This document shows positions 1 to 9,738 of a DNA stretch of 64,000 nt, in pieces. Within the stretch, counting starts at the first letter, position 1, and each line of letters starts with the position of its first letter. The notes below the pieces were generated by a model. That model was given only the letters and a program-made list of their open reading frames with translations, was not told the origin of the DNA and made no database searches. The DNA is from a virus. The position numbers were made by a program, and so were the translations under genes. The DNA lies in IMG/VR virus record IMGVR_UViG_3300020045_001434, positions 1 through 64,000 of that record. One strand, written 5' to 3'.

Positions 1-1
1 G

Positions 2-451
2 GATGGAAATTTATCTGAAACTAAAAATCCTAAAGAATATGGTTATAATAAAATTATTGCTACAACTGATAATTTAATAATAGGAAATTATCAATTTATT
101 AAAGGATATATACCTAATACATCTCAACAATTTATTGAAAAATATATTGAAGAATATAATAAAGGTAATGTTATTACTGATGTTTTAGTTGAGTATAATG
201 AAGCTACTTATGAAACATGGATGGACAATGGGGCTTCACCTGTATTTGATACTATTAAAGTAAATCCTAAAGATAATACTATTACAATTAAAAAAGTAAA
301 AGATAGTTGGAATAGAGAAGAAGTTAAACATTTATTATTAAATCTTACAAATGATACTATTTTATATCTTAATGAATTAGTACCTGAATTAAGTTTAAAT
401 AAAGAAATGTTTGATAAATGGATAGAAACTAATATTAATAAAAACCTATAA
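2..451 (+). CDS. hypothetical phage protein, 5'-truncated (extends the 221..451 ORF)
   Basis: Frame is open from position 2. It reads KIIATTD...SQQFIEKYIEEYNKGNVITDVLVEY...KVNPKDNTITIKKVKDSWNREEV, a pattern I recall from Bacteroidota phage hypotheticals. Confidence 0.75.
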   Translation, partial: DGNLSETKNPKEYGYNKIIATTDNLIIGNYQFIKGYIPNTSQQFIEKYIEEYNKGNVITDVLVEYNEATYETWMDNGASPVFDTIKVNPKDNTITIKKVKDSWNREEVKHLLLNLTNDTILYLNELVPELSLNKEMFDKWIETNINKNL

Positions 452-452
452 T

Positions 453-605
453 ATGAAACGTAAACAATTATATCCAACAGTATCTATTATTTGGTTTATC
501 TTTTGTCTTATAGTAGGATTAATTATATTTAATCTTTTTTATCCTGATACTTTTAAAAGTACAGAACGTATTTATTATGAACCTGATACAGAACAACAAC
601 AATGA
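453..605 (+). CDS. small single-TM membrane protein (50 aa; not in the ORF track)
   Basis: MKRKQLYPTVSIIWFIFCLIVGLIIFNLF...; fills the gap exactly, with an ATGA overlap to the next gene. Confidence 0.6.
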   Translation: MKRKQLYPTVSIIWFIFCLIVGLIIFNLFYPDTFKSTERIYYEPDTEQQQ

Positions 606-859
606 CAGAAACATATATACCTTTTAATTACCCACAATACTCTATTCAACAAACTGATATAACTCCTTATAATCCTCAATCATTACCTCAAGTACAACAA
701 AATTGTATTAAACAAACTCATTGTTATGTTTGTGGTAAAGATTGGGGTTGGGGTTATTGGAAACATTGTCATTGTAATAGTGTTCCAGTTAGTGATAGTA
801 ATATAACTTTAATTATATTATTAATATTTTATTCATTATACAAATATTTTAAAAGATAA
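602..859 (+). CDS. small Cys/His-rich protein with C-terminal TM anchor
   Basis: CIKQTHCYVCGKDWGWGYWKHCHC, then VPVSD, a hydrophobic helix and a basic tail (YKYFKR). Confidence 0.6.
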   Translation: MTETYIPFNYPQYSIQQTDITPYNPQSLPQVQQNCIKQTHCYVCGKDWGWGYWKHCHCNSVPVSDSNITLIILLIFYSLYKYFKR

Positions 860-863
860 GGTT

Positions 864-1130
864 ATGGATATTAATTTTCCACCTAAAGATAGTTATAGAT
901 TTATAACTAATTTTCCAACTAAACAATTACCTATATATGAATTATCTGCTAGTATATACAATAGACTTATGAAAAGTAATATTGTAATTATTAGTAATAG
1001 TTGTAATGATATAATTGACATTTCATTAGCAAGTATGTTTTGTATAACATCTCATAATAATTTAAGTGGATTTTGGGAAATATTTAATGATCTAAAAAGT
1101 GTATCTATTAAATATATAAATGAATATTAA
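864..1130 (+). CDS. hypothetical protein
   Basis: ORF in a tightly packed + strand operon. Confidence 0.55.
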   Translation: MDINFPPKDSYRFITNFPTKQLPIYELSASIYNRLMKSNIVIISNSCNDIIDISLASMFCITSHNNLSGFWEIFNDLKSVSIKYINEY

Positions 1131-1131
1131 A

Positions 1132-1710
1132 ATGAAGAAGTTAGTATTTATATTAATACTATTACCTATGATATGTAATTCTCAAAATTATATATCTATT
1201 GGTAGTAGTATTATATTTCCTGAAACTGATACTGGAAATGAAGTAGGAATTGGTATATCAACATCATTTAATCATAATGTTGAATATATTATATTTCAAC
1301 CTAATATATCAATATCTCAATTTGAAGGTATTGATAATGAACTTAGACGTAATAGACAATATTCTTATAATACTACATTATTTACTGCGGGTTTAAATAT
1401 TATGAATACTGGTAGATTTTATGGTGTATTAGGAGTACATTATAATGCTAATATAGTTAATTCTAAATTTAAACTACAACCTAATCAATATGATAAAGTT
1501 GCTAGACATAATTTATTTTTATCTGAGTATATTGGTATAGGTTATCATAGTTTAATTAATGTTGAATTTGGTATATTTTATACTAATACAAATTATCTTG
1601 AAGGTTATTATCCAATAACTAGTAAACATAATGATGTGTATCTTCAATTAAAGTTAAGTTATGATATTGTTTTGAATAAGTATAAATGTAAATGTTTAAA
1701 CAATAATTAA
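1132..1710 (+). CDS. putative secreted outer-membrane beta-barrel protein
   Basis: Signal peptide MKKLVFILILLPMICNS-Q; alternating beta-strands (YGVLGVHYN, YIGIGYH, VEFGIFYT); terminal strand YLQLKLSY. Start placed at the second Met. Confidence 0.6.
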   Translation: MKKLVFILILLPMICNSQNYISIGSSIIFPETDTGNEVGIGISTSFNHNVEYIIFQPNISISQFEGIDNELRRNRQYSYNTTLFTAGLNIMNTGRFYGVLGVHYNANIVNSKFKLQPNQYDKVARHNLFLSEYIGIGYHSLINVEFGIFYTNTNYLEGYYPITSKHNDVYLQLKLSYDIVLNKYKCKCLNNN

Positions 1711-1720
1711 TATAAATATA

Positions 1721-2122
1721 ATGGAACTATTTAAAATACAACAACCTATTAATTTAAATGAACAATCTATTGAGCAAGTATCTCCTGAAAAACAAGAATA
1801 TAAACTAATAGGTAGTTATTTACGTACAAAAGGATTAGGATTATATTGTTATAATCAATTTGATAATACAGTTTCATTAGTAATAGAAACTATTCCAACT
1901 AAAATTAGAGTTATTGTTGTTCCTATATCTCCTATTGAAGATAAATTAGATTATGAGGAGTATGAACATAAGCGTTGTGATGTAGATTGTAGATTACATT
2001 ATTTTGAAGCCCTTAGATTAGAATCTGCTATAACTAGAGTATCTAAATGGAAATCTGGTAAAATAGATAATTTATGTAATCTTAAAGAATATAATCCTAA
2101 TTCTAAAATATCATTTTATTAA
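1721..2122 (+). CDS. hypothetical protein
   Basis: 133-aa ORF with typical codon usage. Confidence 0.65.
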   Translation: MELFKIQQPINLNEQSIEQVSPEKQEYKLIGSYLRTKGLGLYCYNQFDNTVSLVIETIPTKIRVIVVPISPIEDKLDYEEYEHKRCDVDCRLHYFEALRLESAITRVSKWKSGKIDNLCNLKEYNPNSKISFY

Positions 2123-2140
2123 ATCTCATTTAAAAACTAA

Positions 2141-2255
2141 AATAACTTCCAAAGTTATTGATGGCAGCTATGTTCTTTTATTCTGTAGTTATATAAGTCC
2201 TTTAAAAGTAGGCATAACGTATTGTTATACATAATAAGAATAAAAGTTTTAGCTG
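2141..2255 (+). other. structured intergenic element (nested inverted repeats)
   Basis: AATAACTT/AAGTTATT hairpin (2141-2159); CAGCTA (2165) pairs with TAGCTG (2250); CTTTTATTCT (2175) pairs with AGAATAAAAG (2237). Confidence 0.4.
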
Positions 2256-2294
2256 TAAAATACAAATTAATAATAATTTAAAATAAAACAAACA

Positions 2295-2732
2295 ATGAAA
2301 AAACTTCATGTATTAAGTAAAAGAGTTTCTAATGATAACTGGGAACTAGTAGATATTAATTTTGATATTAAAGTAATTAATAGTCAAATTGATACATTAA
2401 TTGAATCAGGTTTAACTCGCAAACAATTAAAAGTTGAACATTTTGAGAAATCTAAAGAATTATATGCTTACAAATTAACTTGTTACTTAATTGTAAAAGA
2501 TAATCAAGTTCATGTTCATACTATTGGTATAGCTAATGATTTATTAAAATTATTAGAATGTAGTGATAATTGTGATAAGAAAACAAGAATCAAATATAAC
2601 GATATTAGTAATATAATTACTATATTTATTTATGCTATTGATGAAATACAAGCTCTTCAAAAGAGTACTTCTATAATTGAAAGTAAATTGTTTATTATTA
2701 ATTCTAAACATAAAGATTATGTTATTGAATAA
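2295..2732 (+). CDS. hypothetical protein
   Basis: 145-aa ORF after an A-rich leader. Confidence 0.65.
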   Translation: MKKLHVLSKRVSNDNWELVDINFDIKVINSQIDTLIESGLTRKQLKVEHFEKSKELYAYKLTCYLIVKDNQVHVHTIGIANDLLKLLECSDNCDKKTRIKYNDISNIITIFIYAIDEIQALQKSTSIIESKLFIINSKHKDYVIE

Positions 2733-3012
2733 TATACCAGTAAATAATTGTATTATAACTTATACTAATGCTGAATTAGATAAATATAAGCGAGTTGAAC
2801 AATTAATTATAAGTTGTGCATTAGGTAAATCTAATATATCTAATAATTCTATTACATATGAATTAGTATCATTAAGACTTAATAATCTTAGACCATTTAT
2901 TAATCAGGTTATAAGAAATAATGAACTTAATATACTTCTTCATAATTTTATTGATTCTATTATTAATAATCCTCATTTTAAATCTATTTATGCTAACTCA
3001 AGAAGTAATTGA
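2719..3012 (+). CDS. hypothetical protein
   Basis: ORF 2677..3012; the second Met minimises overlap. Confidence 0.55.
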   Translation: MLLNNIPVNNCIITYTNAELDKYKRVEQLIISCALGKSNISNNSITYELVSLRLNNLRPFINQVIRNNELNILLHNFIDSIINNPHFKSIYANSRSN

Positions 3013-3310
3013 TAACTCTAAAAAAGTTATAGATTTTTGTATTGAACATAAAGTTATGACTTTAGATACAGCATTTACATATAATAAACCTATTTATGGT
3101 ATGTTTATTACTACAGTAACTTTTCAAGCTCATAAGATTTATGATATATGTACATCTAAAGATGATTTTAATACTAGAAAATCTATTATTAAAGAATTAA
3201 TTTTGAATGATGGAAATATTACTAGTTGTGTTATTATAATTTGTAATCATGAATTAAATATCCATACACCTACAGATTTTTATCAAGAATGTATAGATAG
3301 TATTAAATAA
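2990..3310 (+). CDS. hypothetical protein
   Basis: ORF 2921..3310; likely start is MLTQEVID at 2990. Confidence 0.55.
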   Translation: MLTQEVIDNSKKVIDFCIEHKVMTLDTAFTYNKPIYGMFITTVTFQAHKIYDICTSKDDFNTRKSIIKELILNDGNITSCVIIICNHELNIHTPTDFYQECIDSIK

Positions 3311-3325
3311 TTTAAAATTCAATCA

Positions 3326-3688
3326 ATGTCTAAATTAAGTAGTTTTAAAGAAGGCGATAAAGTTATAACGTCTAAAGGTAGATTTGGTATCATAGTACAT
3401 AGTAATGATATTAAATCTATTGTTCAAATTGGTAAAAAAGATATAGAAATTTATAATACCGAATTATTACTAACATCAAATGCTCAATCAGTTGATGTAG
3501 AATATTATATGGATAATGTAAATATTTATGTTACACCTTTAAAGGAATTAATTATGATTCCATCTAATACAGTTGTTTATGATTTTAATAATCCTATGGA
3601 TAATACATTCATAACTATATGTAAAGAAAAACTTACTAAAAGAATTAATTATAATTCTGTAATAATAACTAAAATAAAAATAGTATAA
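3326..3688 (+). CDS. hypothetical protein, N-terminal KOW/SH3-like segment
   Basis: FKEGDKVITSKGRFGIIV pattern. Confidence 0.55.
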   Translation: MSKLSSFKEGDKVITSKGRFGIIVHSNDIKSIVQIGKKDIEIYNTELLLTSNAQSVDVEYYMDNVNIYVTPLKELIMIPSNTVVYDFNNPMDNTFITICKEKLTKRINYNSVIITKIKIV

Positions 3689-3691
3689 AAT

Positions 3692-4291
3692 ATGAAACTT
3701 AAATTAGGCATAGTATATACAAACAATACTCATCCAAAAATTGGATATTTAGTATTTGTTGAAGAAGAATTATATAGTATAAAGTCTATTACAGATGAAT
3801 CTATTGTTCTTAAAGGAGTATTCGATAATTCAACTATGATTTCTAGTCATGAAGAATTATGTGATAAGTATATTAAATTTATTGCTATTCATGAAAAGAT
3901 AATGTATCCTATTATTAATGGTGATTATCATGGTATTATTAAATTAATTTCTAATGCTACAGTAGACCCTAGTGATGAAGCTAATCCATTAATAAGTTTA
4001 ATTATTAATAATAAATATGAATTAATGATTAGTGGTTCTATAACTAAAATATATTGTAGAGCTAATGAACATGCATTTGTAGAAATTACTAATTTAAATA
4101 TTATTGATGCTAATAATTTATTAGATAAATCATCAAGATTATTTAAGATAACTGAAAAAAAGAATATTGGTATTAATACAAGATACATTATTAAATGTAA
4201 TACTAAAGATTTAATATTAGATATTAATAGAGAATCTTTTAAACTTGTAGGAACTGCTAATTATAAATCTTTATTTACTATTAAAAAATAG
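3692..4291 (+). CDS. hypothetical protein
   Basis: 199-aa ORF in operon; ends in TAG. Confidence 0.65.
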   Translation: MKLKLGIVYTNNTHPKIGYLVFVEEELYSIKSITDESIVLKGVFDNSTMISSHEELCDKYIKFIAIHEKIMYPIINGDYHGIIKLISNATVDPSDEANPLISLIINNKYELMISGSITKIYCRANEHAFVEITNLNIIDANNLLDKSSRLFKITEKKNIGINTRYIIKCNTKDLILDINRESFKLVGTANYKSLFTIKK

Positions 4292-4294
4292 AAA

Positions 4295-4729
4295 ATGAAC
4301 TTTGACCAACTTGATTTAGAACCTATTCCTAAAAGGGTAGGTTCTATTACTACTACTAGAATTAATACTTATAAACTAGGTACTGTTATAAACAAGAATG
4401 GTATCTTTAAAATAGCATATAAAAACAAAGAATATGATATTTTATATCCTAATAATTTTAGACCTATTATTGTATTTGCAACTAATGAAAATGATAATTG
4501 GGATTTAGGTAAACCATCTGAACTTGGTAAGCCTAAATTAGTATCTGAATTATCTCCTTATTGGAGTCCTATATTTGAAGGTATGAAAGTAGCTATTGAT
4601 ACTGTTGAAAATGATGCTATGCTAGATGGTAATTATTTAAATGTAAAATCTAAATTAGAATTACAAAAGTGGATTAATAAACATGCTCTAAAAGCTAAAC
4701 CTGATGAAGATAGTCAATGCACTGATTGA
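4295..4729 (+). CDS. hypothetical protein
   Basis: 144-aa ORF in operon. Confidence 0.65.
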   Translation: MNFDQLDLEPIPKRVGSITTTRINTYKLGTVINKNGIFKIAYKNKEYDILYPNNFRPIIVFATNENDNWDLGKPSELGKPKLVSELSPYWSPIFEGMKVAIDTVENDAMLDGNYLNVKSKLELQKWINKHALKAKPDEDSQCTD

Positions 4730-5021
4730 ACAACAACTTGCATTAAATAAGTTTGTTCAATTCCTTATAGATAAAAAATATGATGCTAGTAAATTACTTG
4801 CGGATGATAATTTTTTATCTGTTGTTGGATATATCTTAGAATTTCTAGAATCAGAAAAGATATTTATTATAGTTGACCATAATGGTTATTCTACATATAA
4901 ACAATTTTCAAGTAGTAATCAATTTATAATTGAATGTGAAGCTATGCAATATAATACTTTAGAACAGAAATATATTGTAGCAACTATTAAAGCATTTAAT
5001 TTTATAGAAAATCCTTTTTAA
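4704..5021 (+). CDS. hypothetical protein
   Basis: 105-aa ORF in operon. Confidence 0.6.
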   Translation: MKIVNALIEQQLALNKFVQFLIDKKYDASKLLADDNFLSVVGYILEFLESEKIFIIVDHNGYSTYKQFSSSNQFIIECEAMQYNTLEQKYIVATIKAFNFIENPF

Positions 5022-5022
5022 T

Positions 5023-6429
5023 ATGCAGATAGCACCCTTAGAAGAGTCAAAAAAAGATTCTTTTGGATTGTATAAAAGCCAACAGCTTGCCGCTAAACAA
5101 CTCGAAGCATGGTGGCGTAGTACTGAACTAGAAGCTACTTTGAAAGGCTTTGCTGGCACAGGAAAGACGTTCTTGATGAAGTATTTCATTGAACACATAG
5201 TTGACAAATCATTTACAATCACAGCCCCAACACATAAGGCATTAACTGTTTTACAGAAACATATAGGTATTAAAGGATTAACTTTACAATCTCTTCATGG
5301 GTTAAAACCTAATACTGAACTTAGTACTTTTGATATTGATAGTCTTAGCTTTGATACTATTGGTAATCCTAAGATGCGAAATTATAGTTTAATTATTATA
5401 GATGAATCTTCTATGATTAATACTTCTTTATTTGAATTAAATAGAGAACGTATGAAAGAATATGGAGTTAAAGTTTTGTATGTTGGAGATCCTCTTCAAT
5501 TACCTCCAATTAAAGAAGATGAATCTCAAGTATTTAAATCTGTAAAAACAGTTATTGAATTAGATACAGTTATTCGTCAAACTGATGGTAATCCTTTATT
5601 ACATTTATTTACTCTATTAAGAGATGATATAAAAAATCAAGGTTCTACTTGTTTAAATTATATAACTGAGAATCCGAATAATATTAAAAATGGTGTTGGT
5701 TATAAAATGGTTGATATGGCTGAATATAAAAGTCTTATGACTGAATATTTTAGTGATGATAAATTTTATGCTAATATTGATTATGTTCGTTCTACAGCAT
5801 TTACTAACCTTATGGTAAATACTTGGAATACTCATATTCGTAATGCTGTATTTGATACAAGAGGTGAATCTATTATTATTGAAGATTTACTTACATCTTA
5901 TAAAACATTAGTTGATGATAATATGAACGCTATTATAACTAATAGTGAAGATTATGTTATTCAAGATATTAATGATTATAGAAATGAATATGGACTTGAT
6001 GTAAAATGTGTTATTCTTAAATCTGCTAGTACTTTAAAAGATGTTCAAATGCTTCAAGTATTAGACCATACAAAACCTGAAAATGTTAGACTTTATATTA
6101 AAATTCTAACTAGTATTAGAGAAAATTGTATTGCTTCTAATAAACGTGGTAAATGGATGCCTTATTATGCTTTTAAGAATAAAATACTTGCAATGATAGA
6201 TGTTGAAGTTGCTGGAAAACCTATACCTAGGGAAATAGATTATGGTTATACATTAACTACACATAAACTACAAGGTAGTACTTTTGACAATATATTTGTT
6301 GATGGTAGAGATATTTGTTTACCTATTAGTAAATGGGGTAAACCTTATAAAAATGATATTAATCTAAGAAATAGATTATTATATGTTGCCTTAAGTAGAG
6401 CTAAATATATTGCTTATATACGATTTTAA
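5023..6429 (+). CDS. SF1B (Dda/RecD-like) DNA helicase
   Basis: Walker A GFAGTGKT; TAPTHKA; Walker B IIIDESSM; VGDPLQLPPI; TTHKLQGSTFD; LYVALSRA. Confidence 0.92.
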   Translation: MQIAPLEESKKDSFGLYKSQQLAAKQLEAWWRSTELEATLKGFAGTGKTFLMKYFIEHIVDKSFTITAPTHKALTVLQKHIGIKGLTLQSLHGLKPNTELSTFDIDSLSFDTIGNPKMRNYSLIIIDESSMINTSLFELNRERMKEYGVKVLYVGDPLQLPPIKEDESQVFKSVKTVIELDTVIRQTDGNPLLHLFTLLRDDIKNQGSTCLNYITENPNNIKNGVGYKMVDMAEYKSLMTEYFSDDKFYANIDYVRSTAFTNLMVNTWNTHIRNAVFDTRGESIIIEDLLTSYKTLVDDNMNAIITNSEDYVIQDINDYRNEYGLDVKCVILKSASTLKDVQMLQVLDHTKPENVRLYIKILTSIRENCIASNKRGKWMPYYAFKNKILAMIDVEVAGKPIPREIDYGYTLTTHKLQGSTFDNIFVDGRDICLPISKWGKPYKNDINLRNRLLYVALSRAKYIAYIRF

Positions 6430-6433
6430 AATA

Positions 6434-6736
6434 ATGAAAACTAAAGGACAACCTGATATATGTATAAACAATATTTCTGATATTATAGATAAACAAACAG
6501 AAATGTTTTATTTATCTAATTATTGTGGTAAGTCTGCTACAATTAAATATAGTCAATTAATGAATCTTACATTAGGAACTATATTAGATATGATTAGTCA
6601 AAAACAATTATATTTTGCAAAGATTATTGTAATAAATAAAACTAAAGTTTCTATAACTAAAAAGTATATTGCCCCAAGTGATGTTAAACAAAATCTTTCA
6701 AATAGTAAAATTTCATTAGATGATTTCTACAAATAA
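6434..6736 (+). CDS. hypothetical protein
   Basis: ORF 6410..6736; likely start MKTKGQP after the helicase stop. Confidence 0.55.
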   Translation: MKTKGQPDICINNISDIIDKQTEMFYLSNYCGKSATIKYSQLMNLTLGTILDMISQKQLYFAKIIVINKTKVSITKKYIAPSDVKQNLSNSKISLDDFYK

Positions 6737-7298
6737 AATTACTTTTGATATTGGTCATTGTGATAGTTGTGATATATCCGTTAATTGTCATTTCGTTCCT
6801 AGTAGGAGCGAGGGTGTAGGATATTCGTTGATGTATATAACATCATCTCCTACAAGTAGTGAATATAAAAATGGTTTATGTACTAGTAAAAAACATAAAA
6901 TTATTAGAGATTTTGATACTCAATTTAATTTTAATTCTTATTACACTTCTATTGTAAAATGTATTGGAGCTAGTATATTATTCGATCATGAAATTAATGA
7001 ATGCAATAAACATCTTAGAAAAGAATTATTTATAGTTCAACCTAAAGTTATTATTACTATTGGAGATATTCCTACAAGACAATTCTTAGAATATAATTTC
7101 TTTAAAGAAGTAGTAAATAAACCTAATATTCTTACATTAAATAATAAAGAAGTTATTATATATCCTATTTATAGTCCTACATATTTTGGTAAAAATAAAG
7201 AAGATTCTATAGAATATTATAATAACTCTTTTATATTTATAGCTAAACTTTATAAATCTTTTATTGATACTAATTATTTTAATATTTTATTATTATGA
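6720..7298 (+). CDS. uracil-DNA glycosylase family 4-like protein (degenerate active-site motifs)
   Basis: CDSC, YYTSIVKC, EINECNKHLRKELFIVQPKVIITIG, YPIYSP. Fe-S cysteines are kept, but the GEAPG and HP motifs are altered. Confidence 0.75.
   Translation: MISTNKITFDIGHCDSCDISVNCHFVPSRSEGVGYSLMYITSSPTSSEYKNGLCTSKKHKIIRDFDTQFNFNSYYTSIVKCIGASILFDHEINECNKHLRKELFIVQPKVIITIGDIPTRQFLEYNFFKEVVNKPNILTLNNKEVIIYPIYSPTYFGKNKEDSIEYYNNSFIFIAKLYKSFIDTNYFNILLL
6798..6831 (+). repeat. dispersed 34-bp motif, copy 1
   Basis: CCTAGTAGGAGCGAGGGTGTAGGATATTCGTTGA; inside the UDG gene, sense strand. Confidence 0.9.
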
Positions 7299-7435
7299 AA
7301 GAAAAAGATGAATCTAATTATAATGGATGTTCTTTATTATTTATAACTATTGTATTAGCTATATTAATAGGTTTATCTCAAATACCTATAGTAAAAGAAT
7401 ATGAACATAAATATAATCAAATAGATGAACCATGA
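7295..7435 (+). CDS. small single-TM protein (46 aa; not in the ORF track)
   Basis: MKEKDESNYNGCSLLFITIVLAILIGLSQIP...; ATGA overlaps at both ends. Confidence 0.6.
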   Translation: MKEKDESNYNGCSLLFITIVLAILIGLSQIPIVKEYEHKYNQIDEP

Positions 7436-9738
7436 GACAATTTTGGGTATATGACTGGGAAGTATATAAAAATCTAGCATGTGTAACTTTTATACATACT
7501 AGTACTTCTAAAGGTTATTTAGAAGCCTATATTATGACAGATATTAAATATCTTAATACTATAAATTCTATTGAAAAAGCTTTAGAAAAAGATGATATTA
7601 ATAAAATAGATGAACTTGAAGTTGAATTAGAAGAACATAGGAGTATAAAATCTCAATTGTTAGTTCTAATGAATGCTAAGACATTTTTTATTTATAGAGA
7701 CACAGAAGATAATTCTAAAAATATTTGTCAATTAGGTGAATTATTAATGTTTTTCAATAATCATAAAGTTCTTATGGGATATAATTCTTATAAGTATGAT
7801 TCATTTATAACTGATTATATTTTATGTCAAGGTAGTAAATTTAGTTCACGAACAGGTTTTAATACTAATAATATTCATATTACTCAATGTCTTAAAGAAG
7901 TTAGTGATGAGATAATTAATGTATCTAACAATAGTATGTATGGTTATGTTTATCCTTGGCTTCCTAGAAAGTATGTTAGAAGATTTGAAGATTATGATAT
8001 TCAAAAAATATTATATTTAGATAAAACTTATACTGGACTTAAAAGTGTAGCTATTAATTTAAAATGGCATAGAATACAAGAACTTCCAATACATTTTAAT
8101 TCCATTATTAAATATGATGAAGTATTTACTATTTATGATTATAATGTAAATGATGTATTTATAACATTATATCTAACAATGAATCAAGAAGAAGAAATAG
8201 TTCTTAGAGAACAAATTTCTGAACGTTATGATATTGATGTTTTAAATGAATCTCGAAGTAGTATTGGTAAAAGACTTATGTCTAAATATTATTCGGAAGA
8301 ATCAGGATTACAATATAAAGATTTTAGAGATTTAAGAACTATTCGTGGGGCTATGTCTTTATCTAGTATTATAACTAATCGTATATTTTTTATTAATGAT
8401 AAGTTTAAAGATTTTCTATCTTCTTTAAAAAAGATTGTTGTTACACCTAGTGATAAATTTAATCAAGTTTTTGAGTTTAATGAAACATTTTATACAATAG
8501 CTAAAGGTGGTATTCATAGTATTGATGATTCACGTATTTATAATTCTATAGAAGATGAGTACGTTTATGAAGATGCTGATGTTACTAGTTATTATCCAGC
8601 AATATTAGAAATATTTAATATATCTCCTGCTCATTTATCATCTAGTATATTTCTTAAACTCATATCTTTCTTTAAAAATGATAGGGTTAGAGCTAAAAAA
8701 GCTGGTGCTAAATTAGAAGCTGAATCACTTAAAATTGTTATTAATAGAATTTATGGAGCATTAAAGGATATGAATGATTATTTGTTCGACCCTAAAGCCA
8801 CATATCAAACTACAATGAATGGACAATTATCTTTATTAATGTTGATAGAGAAATTAGAAGTTAAGAGTGAAGGTAATATTCATATTATATCAGCTAATAC
8901 GGATGGTATTGTATCTAAATATAAACCTGAATATGCCAATCTTTATAAAAAACTTTGTAAGGAATGGGAAAAAGAAACATTATTTGAACTTGAATTTACT
9001 AAATATGAATTGTATGCTAGAAGTAATGTAAATAATTACTTAGCTATTAAAGTTGGTTTTAGAGATAAATTGAATGAACTTATATCAAAGCAATTAGAAC
9101 CTAGCAAGTATATAGAAGAGAGAAAACAACTTGAAGCTAAATACATAAAATGTAAAGGTACTTATTCAGCTGATACTCCATTTAATAAAGGATTTAATCA
9201 TCCTATAGTATCTCAAGCATTATATAATTATTTAGTTTATGGTGATGATTATAAAGAATATATTAGAACTCATTGGAAATCTAATGAATTTGCTATATAT
9301 GATTATTGTATGTCACAAAAAGTTGATAAAGGATTTAAAGTTATTTATACTAGAGTAGTAAATGGAGAAATTGTTTCTACACCATTACAACAGTATAATA
9401 GATTTTATATTGCTGCATCAGGTGGAGGTTCTATTACTAAAAATGATGTATATTCTCCTAAAACTATTGAAGTAAAAAATGTACCTTTAAGTCAAAGACC
9501 TAGTAGTAAATCTAAAGCTAAACCCAAAAGTGTAAAACGTTCTGAATCTTTAGTAGCTAATGAAAATATAGAATTGTTTAATAATTTTATTATTAAAGAA
9601 GATTATAATATTAATTATAATTTTTATATTAATAAAGTTGAAGATTTTCTATTTTATAAAAAGAAATCTAGTAAAGGTAATCATAAACTTGAAGGACTAG
9701 AAGTTAGAGATATAACATTATTCGATAATATATTATGA
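7432..9738 (+). CDS. polB: family B DNA polymerase (crAss-like)
   Basis: Exo motifs YDWEVY and GYNSYKYD; motif A DADVTSYYP; motif B KIVINRIYG; motif C ANTDGI. Confidence 0.93.
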   Translation: MRQFWVYDWEVYKNLACVTFIHTSTSKGYLEAYIMTDIKYLNTINSIEKALEKDDINKIDELEVELEEHRSIKSQLLVLMNAKTFFIYRDTEDNSKNICQLGELLMFFNNHKVLMGYNSYKYDSFITDYILCQGSKFSSRTGFNTNNIHITQCLKEVSDEIINVSNNSMYGYVYPWLPRKYVRRFEDYDIQKILYLDKTYTGLKSVAINLKWHRIQELPIHFNSIIKYDEVFTIYDYNVNDVFITLYLTMNQEEEIVLREQISERYDIDVLNESRSSIGKRLMSKYYSEESGLQYKDFRDLRTIRGAMSLSSIITNRIFFINDKFKDFLSSLKKIVVTPSDKFNQVFEFNETFYTIAKGGIHSIDDSRIYNSIEDEYVYEDADVTSYYPAILEIFNISPAHLSSSIFLKLISFFKNDRVRAKKAGAKLEAESLKIVINRIYGALKDMNDYLFDPKATYQTTMNGQLSLLMLIEKLEVKSEGNIHIISANTDGIVSKYKPEYANLYKKLCKEWEKETLFELEFTKYELYARSNVNNYLAIKVGFRDKLNELISKQLEPSKYIEERKQLEAKYIKCKGTYSADTPFNKGFNHPIVSQALYNYLVYGDDYKEYIRTHWKSNEFAIYDYCMSQKVDKGFKVIYTRVVNGEIVSTPLQQYNRFYIAASGGGSITKNDVYSPKTIEVKNVPLSQRPSSKSKAKPKSVKRSESLVANENIELFNNFIIKEDYNINYNFYINKVEDFLFYKKKSSKGNHKLEGLEVRDITLFDNIL

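Noticed and set aside
2921-2989. Hydrophobic N-terminus of the 129-aa ORF as a signal or TM helix
   Set aside because: It overlaps the upstream gene in another frame and is an expected artefact of AT-rich DNA. The start at 2990 is more plausible.
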